From positions 72,294,001 to 72,358,000 of the forward strand of contig NW_024704742.1 of assembly GCF_018977255.1 (NCBI RefSeq): DNA of 64,000 bases, given 5' to 3'. Position 1 is the first letter of the stretch. Every line of letters starts with the position of its first letter. Below, piece after piece: positions 12,691 through 24,535 of the stretch. This DNA comes from Callorhinchus milii. Taxonomy: Eukaryota. Under the pieces are notes generated by a model, which was not told the origin of the DNA, searched no databases, and saw only the letters and a list, made by a program, of their open reading frames with translations. The translations under genes and the position numbers were made by a program.

Positions 12691-14274
12691 CAGCCTGAGG
12701 CGAGGAATATAAACCAGAAACCACGGAGGGAGACTTCCTCTTGTTTCCTCTTTAAATAAGAGGGACACTCTTGTTTAAAGCTGTTGAAGCTGCTGCAAGA
12801 AATGGTGAGGGAGGTGTTGAAAGTTTAGAGTTGCCATGTAGCTTACCTCCGCATGGCCTCTGGGAGCAGCGCTGGTCTGGCCAGTCCTCCGTCCTTCCTG
12901 AAGCCGTTTCCCTCTCGGCAGAACTTCTTACGAGCAGCCTTCGGATTGACTTGCTTCATAATCCCATTTAGCCAGGCAGCCGGGAATCTTCATAGGTGCT
13001 GAGTCCCTCACCTCCAATAACAATGTCCCGGTCAGGATGCAGCTTGTGATGCAATGCTCCCCTCTCTCTCCCTCCCTCCCTCCCTCCCCCGTTCTCTTAC
13101 ACGCACTCTTACCCTTCCTGACGGGTGCTCGACCTTGCCTCTCTCACATGCTCTCACTCACCCTCTCATACACTCTGTCCCTTTCACTCTGTCTCTTTCA
13201 TTAACTCTCTCCCTCACCCCCCACCCCCTCCCTCTCACTGGCTAACTCTCTCTTTCACTAACCCTCTCTATCTCGCTAACCTACTCTCTCTCTCACTCAC
13301 TATCTCTCTCACGCTCTCTGTCTCGCTTGTCGAGGTGGGTTGGAATCCACAGTGATCCAGGCTGCAGTGAGTGTGAGGAGCTGTGAAGCTGAGATGAGAG
13401 CGTTCCCGGGTACTGACACCGTGTCAGCCAGTGAGGGGCTGGGGGAGGGGAGGGAGCGTGCTGTCTGCCGGTAGCTGGAGACTCGAGCGATGAGGTTTCA
13501 GCAGCTGTCCTGGCAGCTCCGTCAGGGACAGTGAAACTGCAGAGCACAAAACCAGCTCTCACTGAGACTTTACACTGTGGGTGCAGGAAGTAAGAATAGG
13601 AGGCACATGTAATAATAATAATAATAATCTTTGCATTTGATATAGGCCTTATCACATCTTTGAGACGTCCCAAAGCACTGCACAGGATATACTGTAAAGT
13701 GAATTGACTGTATAGTTTGTAGGTAAAATGCGCAGCCAATTGCGCACGGGAGTGTCCCATAAACAGTCGTGGATTGAAGTGACTGAATTTTTTTTGAAAG
13801 AATTATTACCCCCCGGAAAAGTGATCTGGTAATCAACTGACAATTGAGTTCCTACTGTACTCCATTGAGGAGATAGAACTTGCCATGGAGAAGGAACTAC
13901 AAATGGTAGTTGACTTGTCACTCACCACGTCACATTGCTTGAGGCAGCAATTAACAAGACTGGTTTGGTTGAAGAAAGCCCTTCGGCCCATCTAGTCTTA
14001 TCCCTCCAGAACGCCCACCCGACTGTCGCCCCATCATTGCATCAAGTTGCTTTTTAAAAAAGTCCAATGTCCTTGCCTCAACCACCCTTCCTGGTAACTC
14101 TGTTCCAGTCATTAATTCCCCTCTGGGTAAAGACAAACTTCCTGGTGTCTGTGCTGACATTTCCCTTTACAACTCTAAACATGTGTCCTCTTGTTCTATG
14201 GTCTTAAACAAGGCAAACATAATGCTGGGTTATATTGTCAATCAACTGCGTTCAGATCCCCAGATGTCACACTA

Positions 14275-15090
14275 TACAACAACAACAACAAAATTACATT
14301 TGTTTAGCGCCTTTTACATCGGGAGGACATCCCAAGCGCTGGACAGACAGTGTTTCAGATCTGAGCTGCGGGTCAGGGTCAGGGAGGGTGGAGGGCAAAG
14401 GGGGAAGTAGGGAGATCGAAAGCATGGTCGAAGAGGAGGGCCTTGAGATGGGTCTTGAAGGTGGCAAGGAAGGGGCAAGGCGGAGGGACTGAGGGATGGA
14501 GTTCCAGAGGGTGGGGGCAGAATGGCAGAAGGCCCGCCCGTCAATAGTGGGGCACTGAGGCGGGGGACGTGAACAACAACAACAACAACAACAAGATTCC
14601 ATTTATAGAGCGCCTTTCACGTCAGGAGGACGTCCCAAGGCGCTGCACAGTTGGGTCATGACCCGAACAGGGGGGAAATGGTCAGGGTGAGGGGAGGGAA
14701 GGGAGGGAGCGAGGAGGAGGAAGAGAGTCGAGAGGGGAGCTGAAGGCACGGTCAAAGAGAAAGGTTTTGAGACCGGCCTTGAAGGAGGAAAGGGAGGAAG
14801 CAAGGCGAAGGCACTGGGGGATGGAGTTCCAGAGCCTGGGGGCTGAGAGGCTGAAGGCCCGACCACCAATGGTAGGGCGGTTGGGGCGGGGGACGTGGAG
14901 CAGACCGGAGCCAGAGGAACGGAGGGTACGGGCAGGTAGGTAGGGGGATAGTAGGTTGGAGAGGTAGGAGGGAGCAAGGCCGTGAATGGCCTTGTAGGTG
15001 AGGATGAGGATCTTGAAATCAAGCAGGCCGGAGCCCACTGAGCAGAGGGAGCGAGCAGGATGGTGGGGAGGTCACAGAGGTAGTGGGTAG
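14275..15090 (-). mobile_element. Older L2 3' fragment with a young L2 3' fragment (14571-15020) nested inside
   Basis: Two (CAA)n tails at ~14277 and ~14572. The inner copy encodes FKILILTYKAIHGLAPSYLSNLL...RLWNSIPQCLRLASSLSSFKAGLKTFLF. The outer copy resumes at ~15021. Confidence 0.88.
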
Positions 15091-15149
15091 GTTCTGGTCA
15101 GGCTGCACCTTGAACACTGCAGGCACTTCTGGTCAATGCGATTTAAGGG

Positions 15150-15516
15150 ATAATAATAATCCTTGAACTTGATATAGCACTTTTCATGTCTTCAGAATGT
15201 CTCAAAGCCCTTCACAGAATATGCTGTAAAGTGAATTGACTGTATGTTTTATGGGCAAATCGCAGCAGCCAATTGCACACAGCAATGTCCCACAAGCAAT
15301 CGTGGATTGACTGACCAATGTATTATTGTTATTTTTAAAGGATTATTATCCCCAGAAAAGCAATCCGTCAATGAACTAACAACCAGGTTCCTACTTACTG
15401 CTAGATAAACAGATAAACAGAAGTGTGGAGTAAGGAAATTTGCCCAACATTTCGCCCTGCCTGGGAATCCAACCCAGGTCTCTTGCCGAGGCGAGTGCAC
15501 TGAGCTACTGGACTCC
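15150..15516 (-). mobile_element. tRNA/Deu-domain SINE, full length, long form
   Basis: Minus-strand head GGAGTCCAGTAGCTCAGTG, core GTGCAATTGGCTGC, (TTA)n tail. Confidence 0.88.
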
Positions 15517-15577
15517 ACTGTGTTACTTGTTAGCACAGGGTGGTCCAACGTTTTCCCTGCCGAGGGACTTCCCGACA

Positions 15578-16050
15578 TAGAATCTTGCAGCACAGAAGGA
15601 GGCCATTCGGCCCATCGTGCCTATGCTGGGTCTTTGAAAGAGCTACCAATTAGTCCCACTCCCCATAGCCCTGCAATTTTTTTCCTTTTCAAGTACCTAT
15701 CAAATTCCCTTTTCAAAGCTATTATCGAATCTGCTTCCACCACCCTTTCAGGCAGTGTATTCCAGATTGTAACAATTCTCTGGGTAAAACAAATTCTCCT
15801 TATCTCCCCTCTAGTTACCGATCAACCAGCCAGAAGAAACCGTTTCTCCCTATCTACTCTATCAAAACCCCTCATAATTTTGAATACCTTATTAAATCTT
15901 CGTAAAGTGTGATGCCAGAATTGGACCCAATACTCCAGCTGAGGCCTCTCCAGCGATTTGTAAAGGCTTAACATAACTTCCTTGCTTTTATAATCTATGC
16001 CTATATTTATAAATCCAAGGATTCCATACGCTTTTAACAGCTTTGGATCA
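15578..16050 (-). mobile_element. CR1 LINE 3' fragment (internally deleted)
   Basis: LGFINIGIDYKSKEVMLSLYKSLERPQLEYWVQFW and FKIMRGFDRVDREK. Confidence 0.85.
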
Positions 16051-16090
16051 TCCAACTTGAGAGTCTCTAAATATATAATAAAGTTAAAGA

Positions 16091-16450
16091 TAATAATATT
16101 CCTTGCATTTGTTATAGTGTCTTATCAGGTTGTTGAGACATCTCAAAGTGCTTTACAGAATATATTGTAAAGTGGAGTACTGTATATTTTGTGGGCGAAA
16201 TGCGGCAGCCAATTGCGCACAGCAGTGTCCCACAAACAGATGTGGATTGAGTGACCAAATTTCTAATTTTTTTTGAAGGGATTATTTCCCCCAGAAAGTG
16301 ATCCACCAATAAGCAGGTTCCTACTTTCTGCTAGGTAAACAGAGGCATGTGGAGTAAAGAAACTTGCCTAAGTTTTTGTCCCGCCCAGGAATCGAACCCG
16401 GGTTCTTTTGTTTGTGAGGCGAGTGCTCTAACCACTATGTGACAGGATTG
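16091..16450 (-). mobile_element. tRNA/Deu-domain SINE, full length, long form
   Basis: Minus-strand TGGTTAGAGCACTCGCC...GGTTCGATTCC head, GCGCAATTGGCTGCCGC core, TTA tail. Confidence 0.88.
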
Positions 16451-17324
16451 CTCTAAATGTAAATTTGTGCTGCAATTTGTATTGATCAGGGAGCTGGACT
16501 CACGGTTGATGGGATCAAGAATGGGACTCGCCATCCTGCGGTTAAATCCTTCCTCACCGGATTGTAAGTGCTCCTGATACTGTACAACCCTGTCACACTA
16601 ATGTGACACACCAGACCCACACTGAACTTAACTGCTGTTATTTACCTGCTGTGAGTGAGACATCATAGACAGACGGATGGACGGACAAACAAACAGGTCC
16701 GACAAAGAGCCACTTGTCCTGTCAGAGCGGCTTTGTGATTCAACATTCCTGAAAAGGGAATTTTTCCTGGTGTACTCCCACCTATTATCCAGGTACACAC
16801 AATATTCACCTCATAGCTGTTAGTGGGACTTGTTGCAAATTGGCTGTTGCCTTTGTCCATAAAATCAGTCACTAAGCTTGACAGTTATTCAGTAATTTGA
16901 AGTATTCCGTACAACCAAAGAAATTTACGGCACAGGAGAAGTCTATTCAGCCCATTGTGTCTGGGACGGCTCTGTTAAGAGCAATCCTTTCAGTCCCAGA
17001 TACCTGCCCTTTCCCCACTTCCCTGCAGCTGACTCTTTTTAAGGTATTTGTCCTGTTCCCTCTTGAAGGTTAATATGGCCTCAACCACTGCTCCTGTTCA
17101 GGGCATTCTATATCCTAACTACTCTGGCATGAAAACATTTCTCCTAACATCCGTATTTGCTCATTTACTAACTTAAATTAATGCTCTTCTAGATACTGAC
17201 TCACGAAACAATGGAAATAATGTTTTGTCCACAAAATATACAGTCATTCCACTTTACGGCACTTTACAGTATACCCTGTGAAGAGCTTTAAGACGTCTGA
17301 ACTATGTGATAAGGTGCAATTGTG

Positions 17325-18585
17325 CATGCGTTTGTCACCTCCCGTTTGGATTACTCCAACACCCTCATTGCCGGTTTCCCCAGCTCCACTATTCAAAAGT
17401 TCCAGCTCATTCAAAACTCTGCCACCCGCATACTGACCCAGACCAAACGCTGTACCCACGTCTCACCAGTTCAGGCTCTACTGGCTCCCCATCAACGAAA
17501 GTATTGACTTCAAGATTCTCACATTTATGTTCAAATCCCTTCACTCTGGCACCTCCCTACCTCTCCGACCTCCTCACTCCCCAATCCACCACCCGGTGCC
17601 TCCGCTCGACTGGCACTGGCCTCCTGCTTGTCCCTCGCACTCTCCACCCCACCATCGGAGGTTGCGCTTTCAAACAGTACGCCCAAAACTCTCGAACACT
17701 CTCCCTCAATCCCTCCACCTTGCCTCTTTCCCCTCTTTCAAGTCCTGCCTGAAAACCTTCCACTTCGACCATGCTTACGGTCACCTGCCCCTCTCCCCGG
17801 CTCAGAGTCAGGCTCTGCCACTCTGAGACGCAACCCTGCATGGAGGGCGCTATAATAAGTTCAAGTTGTTGTTGTTGTTACATCCAAGCCATGACCGGCT
17901 CTCCCTTCCCTCACCTCCGTAACATTGCCCGACTCCGCCACTACCTCACCCCTCAGGCCGCTGAAACTCTTGTTCATACATTCATCACCTCCAGGCTCGT
18001 CTATGCAAATGTTCTGCTTGTCGGCCTTCCCAACTCCTCCCTCCACAGGCTGTAGATAATCCAGAACTCTGCAGCCCGTGTCCTCTCCTGCACCAAACTC
18101 CGTGACCCCATCTCCCCCTTTCTCACCCGACTCCATTGGCTCCCTATCTTTCAGAGGATCCAGTTTAAGATCCTGGTCCTCACCTACAAAGCCCTCCATG
18201 GCCTCGCTCCACCCTACCATACGACCTCCTAACCTCCTAAACCCCGACCAACCCGCCCGCTCCCTCTGCTCAGCTGGCTCTGGCCTGCTCCACGTCCCCC
18301 GACCCACCCGCCCCACCATTGACGGGAAAGCCTTCAGCCACTCTGCCCCCAACCTCTGGAATTTCATCCCCCAATCACTCCGCCTCACCCCCTCCTTAGC
18401 CTCCTTCAAGTCCCGCCTCAAAACCCTCCTCTTCAACCATGCCATTGGTCACCCCCCCTTCCCCTCCCCTCCCTTCTCCTTCCCTGACCCCAGCTCGGGT
18501 CTGAAATCCTGTACACTGTCCAGCTCCTTGGGACGTCCTCCCGAAGTGAAGGCGCTATGCAAATGTAATCTTGTTGTTGTTGCTA
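17325..18585 (+). mobile_element. Two tandem L2 3' fragments (17325-17880 and 17881-18585)
   Basis: [12 protein letters not shown]...IQNSATRIL and HLRNIARLRHYLTPQAAETLVHTFITSRL; each ends in (TTG)n. Confidence 0.88.
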
Positions 18586-20434
18586 CATATCAAATGCAAG
18601 GATTATTATTATAATAATGTCTCTCTATTGACTCTATCAAAACCCCTCCCAATTTTTAAAGACCTCGATCAGGTCATCCCTCAATCTTCTTTGTTCCAGC
18701 AAAAAAGTCCCAGCTCCTCTAGTGCCGAAACGTCTAGATGAAGAATGCTATATGAATATAAGTTGTTATTGTTCTCTATGAAGCACTTTGAGATGTTCTA
18801 ATGTTATAGGCACTGGATCAAATTATTCAACATGTGTCCCCGAGAGCCTGAGTGTCTCATCCATGCTCACATGAATACATCAATGCACAACAGCACCATC
18901 CGTGTAATTTTGGACAACAGCGCCCTCTCTGTGTAACTAGACAACAGCGCCCTGCCTATGTGCTTCGGTGTGTAACCAGAAGGTTGCAGAGTTAGGGGGG
19001 ACCAATACTATGGAGCGCTTTGAAGATGAACAACGCCCAGTGTGCAACTATTTCGGGGGGAGAAGGGAGGTAATCAGGAAGCAGGGCTGATCAGCAAACT
19101 GGAAATTAAGGCTCCTCCAGGGCAAAGTGATCATAATATGATGGAATTTAGCATTAAATTAGAGAGAGAAATAGTTAAGTCCAAAGCAAAGGTTTTAAAT
19201 TTAAGTAGAGCCAATTTTGCTGGTATGAGAGAGGATTTAGCCAAAATAAACTGAGAAATTAGACTTAAGGGTTTGACAGTAGACCAGCAATGGCAGACGT
19301 TTAAGGAGATAGTGCAAAATTCCCAGCGAGCACGTATTCCTTTGAGGAATGCCACGGGAAAGGTGGCCCAACCGTGGCTAACTAGAGCAGTTAGGGAAAG
19401 TATAACGTTAAAGGAAGAAGCCTATAAAACAGCTAAGATGAGTAGTAAACCCGAGGATTGGGAGAACTTTAGGGATCAACAAAGGAGAACCAAAAAAGTG
19501 ATTAAGAGGGAGAAAATGGAATATGAGGGCAAACTAGTGAAGAACATAAAGACAGACTGCAAGAGTTTTTATAAATATATAAAGAGGAAGAGGTAGTCAA
19601 GGGTATATGTGGGTCAGCTACAGGCAGAGACGGGGGGAATTATAGTAGGGGTCAAAGACTTTGCTACTGTCTTCACCTTAGAAGACACTGAAAACCTACC
19701 AAGAATAGAGGGGAACCAAGAAGACAATGTTAGCGAGCAACTTGGAGGAATTAATATTAGTAAAGAAATGGTTTTAGGTAAATTATCAGGTCTTAAAACT
19801 GATAAATCTCCTGGACCTGATGGCCTACATCCTAGGGTTTTAAAAGAGGTGGCTACTGAGATAGTGGATGGCTTGTCTTTGATCTTCCAAAATTCTCTGG
19901 ATTCTGGAACGGTTCCCATTGATTGGAAGATTGCAAACGTGACACCACTATTTAAGAAGGGTGGGAGAGAAAAGATGGGGAACTATAGACCAGTTAGTCT
20001 GACATCAGTGGTAGGGAAAATTCTTGAGTCCTTAATTAAAGATGTCGTTATGGGATTCCTGGAAGACCATAACAAGATTAGGCAGAGTCAACATGGCTTT
20101 ACAAAAGGGAAGTCATGCTTAACTAATCTTTTAGAGTTTTTTGAAGATGTATCCAGCAGGTTAGATAGGGGGAACCAGTAGATGTAGTATATTTAGATTT
20201 TAAAAAGGCATTTGACAAAGTGCCACACAAAAGGCTATTGCACAAGGTTAAGGCCCACGGGATTAATGGGAACATATTAGCATGGATTGAAGAGTGGCTA
20301 ACGGGTAGAAAACAGAGAGTAGGGATAAACGGGTCATTCTCGAATTGGCAGGATGTGACTAGTGGAGTGCCACAAGGATCAGTGCTTGGGCCTCAGCTAT
20401 TTACAATCTACATCAATGATCTAGACGAGGACAT

Positions 20435-20761
20435 TAATAATAATAATAATAATAATCCTTGCATTTGATATAGCGCTTTTCACGTCGGGAGGACGTCCCA
20501 AAGCGCTTCACAGAGCACACTGTAAAGTGAATTGACTGTATATTTGTGGGCAAACGCGGCAGCCAATTGCGCACAGCAATGTCCCACAAACAGTTGTAGA
20601 TTGAAAATGACTAATTTTTTTATTATTGTTTTGGGTTTTGGAGGGATTATTATTAGGCGTGTGGAGTAAGGAAACTTGCCCAAGGTTTCGCACTGCCTGG
20701 AATTGAACTCAGGTCTCTCGCTTGCAAAGCGAGTGCTCTAACCACTGAGCTACAGGACTCC
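20435..20761 (-). mobile_element. tRNA/Deu-domain SINE, young short form, inside CR1
   Basis: Full head GGAGTCCTGTAGCTCAGTGGTTAGAGC through to the (TTA)n tail; splits the CR1 RT between INDLDEDI and the FADD motif. Confidence 0.93.
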
Positions 20762-21292
20762 ACAAATTGAATGTAACGTATCTAAATTCGCGGATGACAC
20801 TAAACTAGGTGGGAGAGTAAGCTCTGAGGATGATGCAAAAAGATTGCAATGGGATATAGATAGGCAAGGGGAGTGGGCGAGTAGGTGGCAGATGGAATTT
20901 AATGTGGGGAAGTGTGAAGTTATTCACCTAGGTAGAAAAAATAGAAAAACAGGTTATTTTCTAGAGGGGGAGAGCTTAGATAGTGTTAGTGTTCAGAGGG
21001 ATTTGGGTGTCCTTGTACACCACTCTCAAAAAGTTAGTTTGCAGGTGCAGCAAGCAACTAAGAAGGCGAACGGCATGTTAGCGTTCATTGCAAAAGGTTT
21101 AGAGTTCAAGAGTAGGGAAGTCTTGCTGCAACTGTATAGAGCCTTGGTGAGACCGCACCTAGAGTATTGTGTGCAGTTTTGGTCTCCGTATTTAAAAAGG
21201 ACATACTTGCCCTAGAGGGGGTGCAGCGTAGATTCACTCGGTTAGTTCCTGGGATGAGGGGACTGACCTATGAGGATAGGCTGAATAAACTA

Positions 21293-21616
21293 TAATAATA
21301 ATAATAATAATAATCCTTGCATTTGATATAGCGCTTTTCACGTCAGGAGGACGTCCCAAAGCGCTTCACAGAACACACTGTAAAGTGAATTGACTGTATA
21401 TTTGTGGGCGAACGCGGCAGCCAATTGCGCACAGCAATGTCCCACAAACAGTCGTAGATTGAAAATGACCAATTTAATTATTGTTTTTGTTTTTGGAGGG
21501 ATTATTATTAGGCGTGTGGAGTAAGGAAACTTGCCCAAGGTTTCGCCCTGCCGGGAATTGAACTCAGGTCTCTCACTTGCAAAGCGAGTGCTCTAACCAC
21601 TGAGCTACAGGACTCC
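21293..21616 (-). mobile_element. tRNA/Deu-domain SINE, young short form, with TSD
   Basis: Flanked by direct repeat AAACTA (21287-21292 and 21617-21622). A third, 5'-truncated copy follows at ~21630-21704. Confidence 0.93.
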
Positions 21617-21628
21617 AAACTAGGGCTG

Positions 21629-21664
<36 letters not shown>

Positions 21665-22119
21665 CCTTGCATTTGATATAGCGCTTTTCACGTCGGGAGG
21701 ACGTCTCTAGAGGACAGAAGAATTAGGGGAGATCTTATTGGAACATATAAGATTCTTAAAGGGTTGAATAAAGTAGACACTGAGGGTCTGTTTCCCCTGG
21801 ATGGAGAATCTATAACCAGGGGTCACAGTTTTAAAATTAAGGGTCAGCCTTTTAGAACAGAGTTGAGGAAACATTTCTTCACTCAGAGGATAGTGAATTT
21901 ATGGAATTCACTACCCCAGAAGGCTGTAGATGCTCAGTCCTTGAACATCCTCAAGGCTGAAACTGATAGATTTTTAAATAACAGAGGGATTAGGGGATAT
22001 GTGGATAGTGCCGGTAATTAGAGTTAGGTCTGAAGATCAGTCATGATCTTATCGAATGGCGGGGCAGGCTTGAGGGGCCGAATGGCCTACTCCTGCTCCT
22101 AATTCTTATGTTCTTATGT

Positions 22120-22630
22120 AAGCGGGGTCTCCTTGGAGCTGAACCGGCTCCAAGGTGACACGCTTGGTAAAGGAATTTCGTAATCGAGCCAGCCCTCTAT
22201 AGCTGTCTTGGTAGTCCGGTTCCTGAGCCTGGCTCATCGGGGGATTTGGAAGGGCAGATCAGTCACTGGGGGCAGGGAATCATCCCACTCAGCTCCTGTT
22301 AACCCTGCAAGCCAAAGCCCTAATGGGTAGGGTGGTCCTAGCTGGACAAGCAGAGGGAAGGCTTGCCGGACAGCAACATTAATGGCAAGCTATGCAGTTT
22401 TAGTTGGTTAGACTCCAGAAATACTCCAATGCACCCTGTGAGGTTAAGAGGCCCAAGGCTTGACTCTTGACAACCTGTGCCTAATACTTTCCGGAATTAG
22501 GTAAGCAGGATGCTTCCCTCCAGGGAGAGTGCACATTCCATTCCAACTATCTATTTCTGGGATTTCCATGTGTAGATGGGATACCTGGAATTCTCAGCTT
22601 GGTTTGGATATTCTTAATCAAGCAATTTGG
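22120..22630 (+). repeat. Unclassified ~500-bp interspersed repeat (other copies ~25650-26030 -, 29860-30380 +, 33625-33855 -, 60790-61300 -)
   Basis: Shared blocks such as CCCACTCAGCTCCTGTTAACCCT, TAGCTGGACAAGCAG, GGTTAGACTCCAG and CAACCTGTGCCTAATACTTT. Confidence 0.75.
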
Positions 22631-23480
22631 TTGACCAAAAAAAACCTGTGTAACAGGGGTGTGTAATTGTGAGCAGTTGGGGTAACTATTGGAGAGAGTG
22701 TTTATGCCATATCCAAACAGGGGAATTTCCATGTGTATGTGGTATATATGGATATCAGGACAGACACCAGAAACCTTTTCTTTGGGTGGTTGAGGTCAGG
22801 ACACTGGACTCATTTAAAGAGCAGCTTGATGATGTGATGGGCAGATGGTAGGGTGGATGTTCTGAAGGTATGAATTGGATGGACCAAAGGGCCTTCTTAA
22901 TTCAAGCCCACCTTGTGATCTTTGGAACAAGGTAGATTCCAAACCCTGGATATATGATCTGACAAAAGGTTATTGATCTGAAACGTTAACTAATTTTCCT
23001 ATCTCCGTCGATGCTGCCTGCCTGCTGCATGTGTTTATACCCGATTTCCAGCATGTGCAGTATTTTGTCTTTTGTTTCCTGGATATATGACTGTGTGTTC
23101 AAAAACCTGGACTTCAGGTAACGCCTTCCAGCAACTATTGCCCCAACTCTCAGATTCTGCGATTCGATGGACAGATAATATATTCCCTTTGGCCTTTCTC
23201 AGCATGGTCCAGCAGGGCAGAAAGGTCAAGAACAAGGAGGCAGTAATGGACAAACTTTGGTGACTTTGACCAGAGCATTCCCGTCAGGGAGCAATCCCGA
23301 TTGGAGGGGCATGACCCCACAACCGATTGAATCAGAGGCTACGGACTGAGCCAAGCTGGCAATGTTAGGGAGGAGAGGGATGTGGGGATAGACAAAAGTG
23401 AACGGTGTGGAAGAGTGAGAGGAGATCCGAGTGGGCAGGGATGACGAGGTGGAGACACTTGTGTGAATCTACTCAATTTT

Positions 23481-23838
23481 AATAATAATAATCCTTACAT
23501 TTGATTTAGTGCCATATCATGTCTTTGAGACGTTTCAAAGTGCTTCACAGAATAAACTGTAAAGTGAATTAACTGTATATTTTGTGGATGAAACGCGGCA
23601 GCTAATTGCAGACAGCAGCATCTCACAAATAGTCGTGGATTGAGTGACCAATTTATTGAGTTTTAATTAAAACTTTTTTTTGGAGGGATTATCAAAAAGC
23701 AATTTGCCAAATGACTAACAACCGGGTTCCTACTTACTGCTAGGTAAACAGACGCATGTGGAGTAAATAAATTCGCCTAAGGTTTTCCCTTCCCTGGGAA
23801 TCAAACCCGAATCAAATCGCTTGCGAGGCCTCTAACCA
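23481..23838 (-). mobile_element. tRNA/Deu-domain SINE, long form
   Basis: Same head, core and tail as the other copies. Confidence 0.85.
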
Positions 23839-24169
23839 TTAAACCCCACAAACTTCATTTTGGACCTGAGAAGCCCATTGCCTCCTCACATTTGGAGTTG
23901 GAGGTAAGGATGGGTGAAGGAGGTGATTGGTGGTGGAGAAGAGCAGTCTAGCATTGTCTTTGGCCTCTAGGATGCTCCTGGTATAGAAACAATTTGGCTG
24001 AGGCAAAAGCGGAGAGGTAGGTTTTGATGTCTCCAGCCAGGTCTGATGATGGAGCCAGATTTGAGTCCCGTGTGTGCAGCAGCACAGGCCTGGCATCAGG
24101 GAGTGGAGGAGGCAGTACCTGCGATTCTTGGGCAACAATTCCAAATTCACTGAACATGTGAACAGGAAG

Positions 24170-24535
24170 CCCAAAACACGAATAATAAATAAAACAGAAG
24201 TCACTGGGAAGGCGGGTCAGGCAGCATCTATGGAGATAGGTTAACGTTTCAAGTCAATGATCTTTTGTCAGAACCGGGGGACGTTGGAAGGGAGCAGTTT
24301 ACAATAACAAACAGAGAAGGGGGCGGGGAAAGAAAGACAAAGAAATAACTAGGTGGAGGACAGTAGATAATGAGATCACAGATGGTACAAGACAGAATGT
24401 GTGAACGGTTGTAGAAGAGGGGGAGGCAAGAAAAGATGGGAGCTGTGTTTAAGGTCTGAAGTGGTTAAAATCAACGTTGAGCCAGAGGGCTGTAAGGTGC
24501 CTAGGAAGTAGATGAGGTGCTGTTCCTCGAGCTGA
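24170..24535 (-). mobile_element. Penelope 3' fragment
   Basis: QLEEQHLIYFLGTLQPSG plus a terminal repeat with decayed hammerhead motif (24240-24275). Confidence 0.8.

Larger units (their letters stand above)
19075..22118 (+). mobile_element. CR1 LINE ORF2 (end of endonuclease, RT) and 3' end, 5'-truncated, interrupted by three SINE insertions
   Basis: [73 protein letters not shown] and [15 protein letters not shown]. Ends in an (TTCTTATG)n tail. Confidence 0.95.
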
